7,004 nucleotides of DNA from Octopus sinensis (lineage: Eukaryota), in assembly GCF_006345805.1 (NCBI RefSeq), contig NW_021829076.1:1-7004 (forward strand), read 5' to 3'. The notes beneath the pieces were generated by a model that did no database searches, was not told the origin of the DNA, and was given only the letters and a program-made list of their open reading frames with translations. How positions within the stretch are numbered: the first letter of the stretch is position 1; every line of letters begins with the position of its first letter. The translations under genes and the position numbers were made by a program. Of the stretch, positions 1 to 7,004 are shown in pieces.

Positions 1-113
1 ATATAATATATATATATATAAGGTACCACTGATATGTATATACAACATACATACATACTACATACATACATTACATAATACATACATACATACATACATA
101 CATGCATATATAT
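1..113. repeat. (TA)n then (TACA)n microsatellite
   Basis: Direct reading; interrupted at 20-31 by AAGGTACCACTG. Confidence 0.95.
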
Positions 114-1437
114 CAATGGTACCTTGACTTACGAGCTTAATTCGTACCGTGACGGAGCTCCTAATTCAAATTGTTCGTATGTCAAATCAAATTTCCCCAT
201 TGAAATAAATTGAAATGCCATTATTCCATTCCGGGCCCCTCAAAATAAATCACCGCATTTTTTTTTTTTTTTGTTACGTGTTTCTGAATTAAAAAATATA
301 CTTATAAATAACGAATATTGTATAAAAAAAAAACAACAACAGTACCCTAGAATGTACGCAATAAACTGGTTTTATTAAGTATCATGTACAACATTTAACT
401 TGAAGATGCTGGCGAAGGAGAAAGGCTGAACTGAATAACTGAATCTTATTCGCTGATGTTTGCCCTTTTCGCCACGCTTTTCTCACTTTCATCTGCAGGA
501 GTTTTCGATAAAGACCTGTCCAATAAGATCTGTTTCATCCTTACTTTCAAAGAGTTTCTGAAATGAGTTAGGCAAGTGTCATTAAATAGCGCCGTTGCAC
601 GCCCAGTTTCAACTTTTTGGGTAGTTTCTTTTGAATAAAGTCTGAAAGTTTCTTCCTCATTTCCAACATATCCTTTATCGCAATGGTAAAGATAACATCC
701 TCCGTCTTCTCCGCATCACCTACTTTTTGAAGAACCTCCGTGTACTGCTGCGTTTGTAGCTCCTTTACCTCCCCCCATTGTCAGTTCCTCGGGGTGCTCT
801 TCGATAAGCTCATTGGTGTCACTTTCGTTCACGTCCAGGCCCATGGACTTGCCGAGAGATACAATCTCCTCCACTACTACAGCTTCGGGTTTGAATCTTT
901 CAAAATCCGTTTCCGACACAACCTCAGGTTACAGGTTCTTTCACGCAGAGCTCAAAGTCCTCTTTGTAACACTCTGCCAGGCCATATCGATAATTCTGAG
1001 GCATATCACGATGTTATAGTGGTCCTTCGAGAACTCTCGAAGGGTGAGGTTTGTATTCTCCGTCACCTCAAAGCAGCCACAAAACAGGTGTTTGCTGTAG
1101 ACCTTCTTGGAATTAGAAACCTCCTGCTGTTCAATGGACTGCGGGATAGGGGTGGTGTTGGGTAGAAGGGAGAGAACCCTTATAAACTTAAACCCTTCGA
1201 GGATGTCATCTTCTAGGTTAGGTGGGTGAGACGAGAAGGTTATTTTCCTGGAGATATTTCTTAACGTCAGGACCAAAGACCAAATTCACCCACTCCATAT
1301 AAAACTACATGGTGACCCACGCCCTTGGATTTGCTCTTCACATAACCTGCAATTTTTCTTTCAGAATCTTATGTGACTTAACGACTCGTATCTCGAAAAA
1401 CTCGTTAGTTGGGACACTCGTAATCAAGGTACCACTG
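114..1437 (-). mobile_element. Tigger/pogo-family (Tc1/mariner superfamily) DNA transposon, internally deleted non-autonomous copy
   Basis: Left TIR 114-135 CAATGGTACCTTGACTTACGAG versus reverse complement of right TIR 1417-1437 CAGTGGTACCTTGATTACGAG (1 mismatch, 1 indel). TA at 1438-1439 and TA-rich left flank. Contains DDE_1-type transposase remnants. Confidence 0.92.
446..1379 (-). pseudogene. Tigger-like (DDE_1) transposase, C-terminal half, disrupted
   Basis: Manual translation: KSHKILKEKLQVM*RANPRAWVTM*FYMEWVNLVFGPDVKKYLQENNL / HPPNLEDDILEGFKFIRVLSLLPNTTPIPQSIEQQ...AWQSVTKRTLSSA*KNL*PEVVSETDFERF..VEEIVSLGKSMGLDV..ELIEEHPEELT / KELQTQQ...ALFNDTCLTHFRNSLK...AKRANISE*. Stops at 1338-1340, 1305-1307, 941-943 and 929-931; frameshifts near 1240 and 770; final stop 446-448. 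Confidence 0.9.
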
Positions 1438-1441
1438 TATA

Positions 1442-1482
<41 letters not shown>
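1438..1482. repeat. (TA)n microsatellite
   Basis: Direct reading; abuts the transposon TIR. Confidence 0.95.
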
Positions 1483-1484
<2 letters not shown>

Positions 1485-1614
1485 TAAATTTCAGGGGTAG
1501 TAAAATATTATTTAGAAAGTTTTTTACCACCGTGGCCTAACGTGCAGAAAAAACTAGTCAACAGACTATATATTATTCATTATATATACAGTGTACGTTT
1601 AAACATTTTATCCT

Positions 1615-1707
<93 letters not shown>

Positions 1708-1708
1708 G

Positions 1709-1738
<30 letters not shown>
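1615..1738. repeat. Compound (TAGA)n + (TA)n microsatellite
   Basis: Direct reading. Confidence 0.95.
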
Positions 1739-1739
<1 letters not shown>

Positions 1740-2182
1740 ACGGAGTAAGTATCTTCATTGAACTGGCTGATGAGTTTGTTTATCTCGCTTTTAGAACACC
1801 CAGACATGTTTTTTAAACAAATCTGTTGTTACATAGTTCAGCGCACCTATGATGTTAGTTGCAAATTAGAATTCATTGTCAGAACATTTTCTATTACAAT
1901 GTGGTGGTGATGTTCTGAGACATCCACATATATTTCATTGATTACAGGCTTAAAATATTTAAAATATCTCCAGTAGTGAAGGCGTATCTTTCTAGGAGAA
2001 ATGTGATGTATCAGTCCAGAAGAGAAACTATTCTTTCATACAATGTTCTTGATATGTATCTCTGGCTGTATGATACGTGCCTCTCTTTAACTTCCTGCTG
2101 AAATAATGAGTGTTTCTTCTCCAAGTTATTGTAGATCAGTTCAGACACCCGTGAATCACAAAGAATAGCTGTAACTTAGAAT

Positions 2183-2300
2183 ACATACGGCCATATCACG
2201 TTGAAAGCACCGGTTCTCGTCCGATTACCGAAGTTAAGCAACGTCGAGGCTAGTTAGTACTTAGATTGGGGACCGCTTGGGAAACCTAGGTGCTGTAAGC
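2183..2300 (+). rRNA. Dispersed full-length 5S rRNA copy, probably a pseudogene
   Basis: 118 nt colinear with eukaryotic 5S, no indels: ..TACGGCCATATCACGTTGAAAGCACCGGTTCTCGTCCGATTACCGAAGTTAAGCAACGTCGAGGCTAGTTAGTACTTAG...GGTGCTGTAAGC. Helices II and III pair fully; mismatches at 5S positions 1, 3, 67, 85 and 103; T4 run 8 nt downstream (2309-2312). Confidence 0.93.
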
Positions 2301-2314
2301 GTCACACATTTTAA

Positions 2315-2457
2315 GGCGCAGGAGTGGCTGTGTGGTAAGTAGCTTGCTAACCAACCACATGGTTCCGTGTTCAGTCCCACTGCGGGGCACCTTGGGCAAG
2401 TGCCTTCTACTAAAGCCCCGGGCCGACCAAAGCCTGTGAGTGGATTTGGTAGGACGG

Positions 2458-2520
<63 letters not shown>

Positions 2521-2756
2521 TGTATGTATATATTTATATGTGTTGTGTCTGTGTTTGTCCTCCCAAAATCGTTTGACAACCGATGCTGGTGTGTTTACGT
2601 CCCCGTCACTTAGCTGTTCGGCAAGAGAGACCGATATAATAAGTAATAGGTTTACAAATAATAAGTCCTGGGGTCGATTTGCTCGACTAAAGGCGGTGCT
2701 CCAGCATGGCCGCAGTCAAATGACTGAAACTATAAAAGAATAAAAGAATAAAAGAG
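2315..2756 (+). mobile_element. tRNA-derived SINE with internal (TA)n tract and (TAAAAGAA)n tail; CORE-like segment
   Basis: A-box-like TGGCTGTGTGG (2325-2335), B-box-like GTGTTCAGTCC (2367-2377), MIR-core-like ACCTTGGGCAAGT, internal microsatellite about 2457-2540, tail repeats 2733-2756. Confidence 0.85.
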
Positions 2757-3009
2757 CACTCCTTCATCTACTTCCAAATGTTCTTTTCACTATATGCGTA
2801 CACATATGATATACATATTATCCCCTTTATTATTCAATGAGTCTGTCTGGATGATGCAATGTGACACTCAAGGAATTGTTTGAACTGACCTTATGCTTCT
2901 GTCTCCATCCCTCCATTCAACAAAGATCTTATCAGTATCACCGAATTCATGGAAATTGCCAGTGATGGTTAATATCTTCTCGATCATGATGTCCAAACTA
3001 CAAATCACT

Positions 3010-3238
3010 TTAACCCTTCTGTTACTGTATTTCTGTTAAAATACTCTGCCTGTCTTTCAATTAATTTTTAAACTTATGAAGAATTTCGTAAAATAACTTC
3101 GTCATTATAAAGCTGATTTTTGGAACGTAAATTAACACACATTTTTGATAGAAGGTTTCAATGTAGATCCCTTTAAAACGTGAATTTTATACTATAGAAC
3201 CAGGACGGTCTCAGACTTGTTAGTATCAAAAAATTTAA
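3010..3238. mobile_element. TTAA-flanked MITE (piggyBac-like), degenerate TIRs
   Basis: TTAA at 3010-3013 and 3235-3238. Left end CCCTTCTGTTACT versus right-end reverse complement ATTTTTTGATACT (8/13). Removing it with one TTAA gives an open, plausible LINE frame: ..FGILNQALKVICSLDIMIEKILTITGNFH. Confidence 0.75.
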
Positions 3239-3278
3239 GTGCCTGATTTAATATCCCAAACGTTAATAAGAACATTGG

Positions 3279-3662
3279 CACTATGACACCAGGCAAAATG
3301 CTTAGCGGTATTTCGTCTGCCGCTACGTTCTGAGTTCAAATTCCGCCGAGGTCGACTTTGCCTTTCATCCTTTCGGGGTCGATTAAATAAGTACCAGTTA
3401 CGCACTGGGGTCGATATAATCGACTTAATCCGTTTGTCTGTCCTTGTTTGTCCTCTCTGTGTTTAGCCCCTTGTGGGTAGTAAAGAAATAGGTATTTCGT
3501 CTGTCTTTCCTTTCTGAGTTCAAATTCCGCCGAGGCCGACTTCGCTCTTCATTGTTTAGGGGTCGATAACGTTAGTGCCAGCTTAGTAATGGAGCCGATG
3601 TAATCGGGTTACCCACCGCCCCGAATTTGACGGCGTTGTGCTAAAATTTGAAACCGATATTG
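3279..3662 (+). mobile_element. Compound SINE locus: two tandem SINE bodies behind one degenerate head
   Basis: Flanking ACATTGG at 3272-3278 and 3663-3669 (TSD; removal restores HNVFAVPMFLLTFGIL). GGTATTTCGTCTG at 3307-3319 and 3491-3503; TTCTGAGTTCAAATTCCGCCGAGG occurs twice. Body CCTTTCATCCTTTCGGGGTCG resembles the Meta-domain-type SINE core. Confidence 0.85.
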
Positions 3663-3669
3663 ACATTGG

Positions 3670-4493
3670 GACTGCAAATACGTTATGGATTGTTGAATGC
3701 GAACAGCTATGACGTCCATACCTTCTGAAGTCTACCGCTGAAGTATTCTTATATCACTCTTAGCTTTATTCATAGCACCAATATACGATGTGCAATATTT
3801 TTGTCAATTATGAGATAGTTGCCGTATCCGACATTAGAAATAGTTAGAGCTCGTGATGCCGTTAGTATCCACATTTCTCGTCTTGTCAACAATCTTTTCT
3901 CGTTTGGTTACCAAATATGAACGATTATTCTGACCAATCTCCATTGTTGCGTCTAATTTTAAATGTCTCTTGTGAATATTACGCAAATACAGTTTAATGT
4001 CATCGACGAATAACCGCATGGGTGACATTAATTTCCTTCTCTTAACATTTAACCTTGGCATTTCCTCAACAGGGACAACGAGGATCCACTGCTAAAACTA
4101 ACAGCGACGCCACCCTCAAATATTCCCCTCGATAGCCTAATTATGTTTGTGACAAGAGTTGTTTCAGTTCTTATTGATAACTTCGTGTACAATGCTAGAA
4201 ACAGTCTTATAATGATATCTACTATATAATTCGGAACCCTGACAAAGTCCATTAACTCCAGTTTCCATTAGAGAAAGACAGAGTCAAACACCTTCCCGTC
4301 GTAATGTCACTTGATTTCTCTTCGACGATGCTGCTTCGCCTTCTTAAGGACAGCTTTGTTGAAGAGTTGTTTGGCACAACTGCAAACACTTTTCTTTCCT
4401 CTTATCTGCTCTAAGTTATTACATGGTTTGTGTCACAGTGGCCTTAGAGAAAAAAAAATCCAAGCATTCATTGTCAAATAATATTTGATATTT
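3670..4493 (-). pseudogene. Reverse transcriptase core remnant of the LINE
   Basis: Track ORFs 4049-4252 and 3834-4061 carry degenerate RGIFQGDSLS-type and (Y/F)xDD motifs; many stops and frameshifts. Confidence 0.85.
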
Positions 4494-4781
4494 AAGTAAG
4501 GTGGTGAGGTGGCGGAATCGTTAGAACGCTGAACAAAATGCTTAGCGGCATTTCGTCCGTCATCTGAGTTCAAATTACGCCGAGGTCGACTTCGCCTTTC
4601 ATCATTCCGGGGTCGATAAATTAAGTACCAGCGAAACACTGGGGTCATCTAATCGACTAGTCTCCTCCCTCCAAATATGCCTTTAAGGGTCGATAAAATT
4701 AATACTAGTTGAGTACTATGGTCGCTGTGATTGACTTACCCTCTCGCTCGAAATTGCTCGCCTGGGGCCGAAATTTCAAAC
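4494..4781 (+). mobile_element. tRNA-derived SINE of the same family as 3279-3662, with a second partial body
   Basis: Perfect 15-bp TSD TAATATTTGATATTT at 4479-4493 and 4782-4796. A-box-like TGGCGGAATCG (4510-4520), B-box-like GAGTTCAAATT (4566-4576). Confidence 0.9.
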
Positions 4782-5618
4782 TAATATTTGATATTTTTGT
4801 AAGCTACAGGTCTGTAGTTACTTTTGTAGAAAATATTTCCTGGTTGTCAGACACGAATATTGTCTGAAGAATTGCCAACCTATCCAGCAAGTGAAGCTCA
4901 GCGTCCTATGATTTCTTTTTTTACTTTCTTTAACAGCAGGTTGATGAGAGTTCCCATAAAGAATGTGGGCTTTCTATACAAATATCAAGCTGTTTCGTAT
5001 TTCCTTGGAGATATTCCAGTCGGTGTTTAGCAACAACATCAGGAGAATTTCACTAGTGATGTTATAAGTTTTAAGAGGACCATTTGCACAGCAGCCATTC
5101 CCATAGCTCATTTAAATATACTGTATCTCAGCTTGCTCTGCTTAGTTACACACCAAATACATACAAACGCTCTGTTGAAAATAAATCCAACTCATCCCAG
5201 GTAGAGGTAATTACAACATCAATGATATGATCTTTCATGCCACGCTAAACAGTTTGTGAAATTAATACAAACAAATTGTTGATATTCCGACGTTGTGGAA
5301 ATTTCCGACGAACACAAAGCTCGTAATACGCATTTGATTCTCTCGTCGGTATTTCCTGTAAATTTTGGATAATCTATTATAAAATTGCTATTGGTACTTC
5401 GTGAATTCATTCTTCATTCAACATTAATGTTAATAACCAACTGCCCACTGATGTTCTTCCGTTGTCTATCGCTGTTTATTCTTGGCGGGGCGGGGCGGTT
5501 CGCGAGGAAAGAGAGAAGAGGAAATCCATGGTTGTTATACGCTGTCATATCGGTTAATTTCTGTTAATCTAATCTGTTGACGAATGGTAATTACAGCTCA
5601 GCATCAATGTACGGAAGT

Positions 5619-5633
5619 ATATATATTTGTATT

Positions 5634-5670
<37 letters not shown>

Positions 5671-5770
5671 ACGCATCAATGTATATTCGTTTTATATGTA
5701 TGCATACATGTGTGTGTGTATGTATGTATGTATGTATGTATATATGTATATGATACATCATATGCATATG
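5619..5770. repeat. Compound (TA)/(TG)/(TATG) microsatellite
   Basis: Direct reading. Confidence 0.9.
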
Positions 5771-5784
5771 ATGCATCTATCCCC

Positions 5785-6005
5785 TCTAAATTCAAATCAA
5801 AAGACGAAGACGGGTGAGGGAAAAGGAAGCAGGTGTATTAGTTTAACGCTCGGGAGGAACGGAAAAGTCTTTAACGTTTCGAGCCTACGCTCTTTGTTAG
5901 AAAGGATTGAGAGAAGAAATGGAGAGAGAACGAAAACAACGGAGACAAAAAATGTGTAGGGATTAACGGTTCAACATGATGAAATGACCGGAGATATAAA
6001 AACAT
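5785..6005 (-). mobile_element. Short repeat-like segment between microsatellites carrying a hammerhead-like motif; possible non-autonomous Penelope-like element
   Basis: Non-coding, bounded by simple repeats, contains the motif at 5869-5904. The family assignment is inference. Confidence 0.45.
5869..5904 (-). ncRNA. Decayed minimal type I hammerhead ribozyme motif
   Basis: Minus strand CTTT-CTAACAA-A-GAGC(GTAG)GCTC-GAAAC-GT-T-AAAG: stems I and II and palindromic ACGT stem III present. Core CTAACAA differs from CTGACGA by two G>A changes. Confidence 0.6.
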
Positions 6006-6009
6006 CTAC

Positions 6010-6072
6010 ACATATATGTGTTTGCATATGTATGAATGCATGTAAATATGTATGCATGTGTATTTGTATGTA
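6010..6072. repeat. Degenerate (TATG)n/(CA)n low-complexity tract
   Basis: Direct reading. Confidence 0.75.
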
Positions 6073-6077
6073 AACAC

Positions 6078-6562
6078 CTCGATGGGAAGCTGACATCCGA
6101 AGCATTAAGACGATGATGCACAATCACCGTCGGCGGCGGCAGGCTTAACGCCTTGCCCGGATTAATGATCAGATAGCCCTTAAACAACTGCTATAGGACG
6201 AACTTTTTCGTGTAAATCACCACCATCAGAAACCAAGACTACCGTTAAAGGATTGTGTAAAGTCAATGTAAAGTATTGCTTACCATCGCTACAAAATGGA
6301 GGAAACAGTAAAGAAAGGAGTGGGTATTTTCGAAAAGAACACGCATTTTCCATACAGAATTTAAGCGAGCTGCTCGAAGACTCGCTGCCAGTGAAATGAA
6401 TGGGGGAAGTTTGGTTTGCAGTATCTTCGGACGTGTATGTCTATCAAGAGCTAAGTTTATTATTCATCTGTGGAGACACAAGTGTAAAGTAGAATTTTGT
6501 ATGAGAGCACAATGTTCTTAATGGTCAATGACGGACATCAACTTCAAGATTTTTTAGTCGAG
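6078..6562. mobile_element. Candidate old MITE with degenerate terminal inverted repeats
   Basis: Inverted matching blocks at both ends: CTCGA (6078-6082 / 6558-6562), GAAGCTGACATCCG versus GAAGTTGATGTCCG (6086-6099 / 6532-6545, 11/14), CATTAAGA (6103-6110 / 6516-6523). Confidence 0.35.
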
Positions 6563-6595
6563 TATATTATATAACACATATATATATACATATAC

Positions 6596-6643
<48 letters not shown>

Positions 6644-6662
6644 CTGATATATATATGTATAT

Positions 6663-6694
<32 letters not shown>

Positions 6695-6724
6695 ATATAT
6701 ATATATACATATACATATATACAT
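6563..6724. repeat. (TA)n/(TACA) microsatellite
   Basis: Direct reading. Confidence 0.95.
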
Positions 6725-6878
6725 ATAAAATTTTAATATAAATTAATAAACCGCCACTACAAATGTTTCACTTTCAAAATTTGATACTGATTAGAAGATC
6801 GAAAATCCACCTGAAGATTGTCGGAGCAGACATGAAACATTGTAGTGGCGGTTTATTTAATTTATATTAAAATTTTAT
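6725..6878. repeat. 46-bp inverted repeat with 62-nt spacer
   Basis: Arm 6725-6770 matches the reverse complement of 6833-6878 except for two single-A indels. Confidence 0.95.
6807..6848 (+). ncRNA. Minimal type I hammerhead ribozyme motif with intact catalytic core
   Basis: CCAC-CTGAAGA-T-TGTC(GGAGCA)GACA-T-GAAAC-ATT-GTA-GTGG: stem I CCAC/GTGG, core CUGANGA and GAAA, stem II 4 bp, 2-bp stem III, GUA cleavage triplet (cut predicted between 6844 and 6845). Confidence 0.8.
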
Positions 6879-7004
6879 GTATTGATTAAGTCTTTCCTTG
6901 TTTGGTTTTAAAATAGTGGTTTTGTCTCGATTAATATTATAATATTTTACTATAAAATTGATTTTAACCCTAATCTGATCTTTCCCTGTAATTTTGTATT
7001 CATT

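Larger units (their letters stand above)
1745..5330 (-). mobile_element. Decayed non-LTR retrotransposon (R4/Dong-like, RLE-type), fragmented by younger insertions; boundaries approximate
   Basis: Ordered RT-region motifs on the minus strand: NYRPVA (4802-4819), EQIRGKK..C..QLFNKAVL, KVFDSV (4277-4294), RGIFEG (4112-4129), LFVDDIKLY (3987-4013), KVWTS*L.AFN..HNVFAVP..TFGIL, KILTITGNFH..DTDKIF..RDGDRSIRS (about 2900-2990). Segment 1745-2182 and a possible continuation near 1490-1570 are only weakly recognisable. Confidence 0.85.

Noticed and set aside
740-1165. Plus-strand ORFs 740-1165 (141 aa) and 813-1019
   Set aside because: Antisense shadows of the Tigger transposase remnant; no recognisable protein.
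1767-1800. CTGATGAG hammerhead-like core
   Set aside because: No downstream GAAA or stem architecture.
1309-1807. ORFs 1309-1500, 1573-1758 and 1580-1807 rich in IY/LSIY
   Set aside because: Translations of (TA)n and (TAGA)n microsatellites.
2168-2298. GCTGTAA at 2168-2174 and 2292-2298 as a possible TSD of the 5S copy
   Set aside because: The second copy lies inside the 5S sequence itself and the first is 8 nt away from the 5S start; probably coincidence.
2286-2743. ORFs 2286-2579 and 2516-2743
   Set aside because: They lie within the SINE and its microsatellite.
4433-4648. ORF 4433-4648
   Set aside because: Mostly antisense SINE sequence.
4864-4900. CTGAAGA followed by a TTGC/GCAA stem
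   Set aside because: Followed by GAAG rather than GAAA, no stem I or III; lies antisense to the LINE coding remnant.
5484-5498. GGCGGGGCGGGGCGG: tandem GC boxes or a two-tier G-quadruplex
   Set aside because: Isolated 15-nt low-complexity patch with no associated gene or other promoter evidence.
5219-5567. ORFs 5219-5410 and 5385-5567
   Set aside because: Short and unrecognisable; LINE-like residues in this region are in a different frame.
5584-6187. ORFs 5584-5817, 5627-5959 and 5963-6187
   Set aside because: Dominated by microsatellite-derived residues and repeat sequence.
6200-6232. Minus-strand CTGATGG-TG-GTG(ATTTA)CAC-GAAA, a possible third hammerhead relic
   Set aside because: A9 is G, no GAAAC..GTH stem III and no stem I pairing; too degenerate to support.
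1-7004. CRISPR array, genuine tRNA genes or intact host exons
   Set aside because: No regularly spaced repeat-spacer array; tRNA-like boxes are SINE heads without a cloverleaf or acceptor stem; coding-like segments I could recognise belong to transposons.

Overview
AT-rich, microsatellite-rich animal genomic DNA with no intact protein-coding gene; almost all of it is layered mobile-element sequence. The SINE types look like those I recall from octopus genomes (inference, not verified). Contents: (i) an internally deleted Tigger/pogo DNA transposon with both TIRs (114-1437); (ii) a decayed minus-strand non-LTR retrotransposon with an R4/Dong-like reverse transcriptase (about 1745-5330), interrupted by a full-length 5S rRNA copy, three tRNA-derived SINE loci and a TTAA-flanked MITE; (iii) near the 3' end, two hammerhead-ribozyme motifs of the minimal type I kind known from Penelope-like elements. 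One has an intact core (6807-6848) and is overlapped by a 46-bp inverted repeat; the other is decayed (5869-5904, minus strand). The ORFs in the supplied track are transposon fragments, antisense shadows, microsatellite/SINE artefacts or short ORFs I do not recognise. All protein-family assignments come from my own motif reading, not from database searches.
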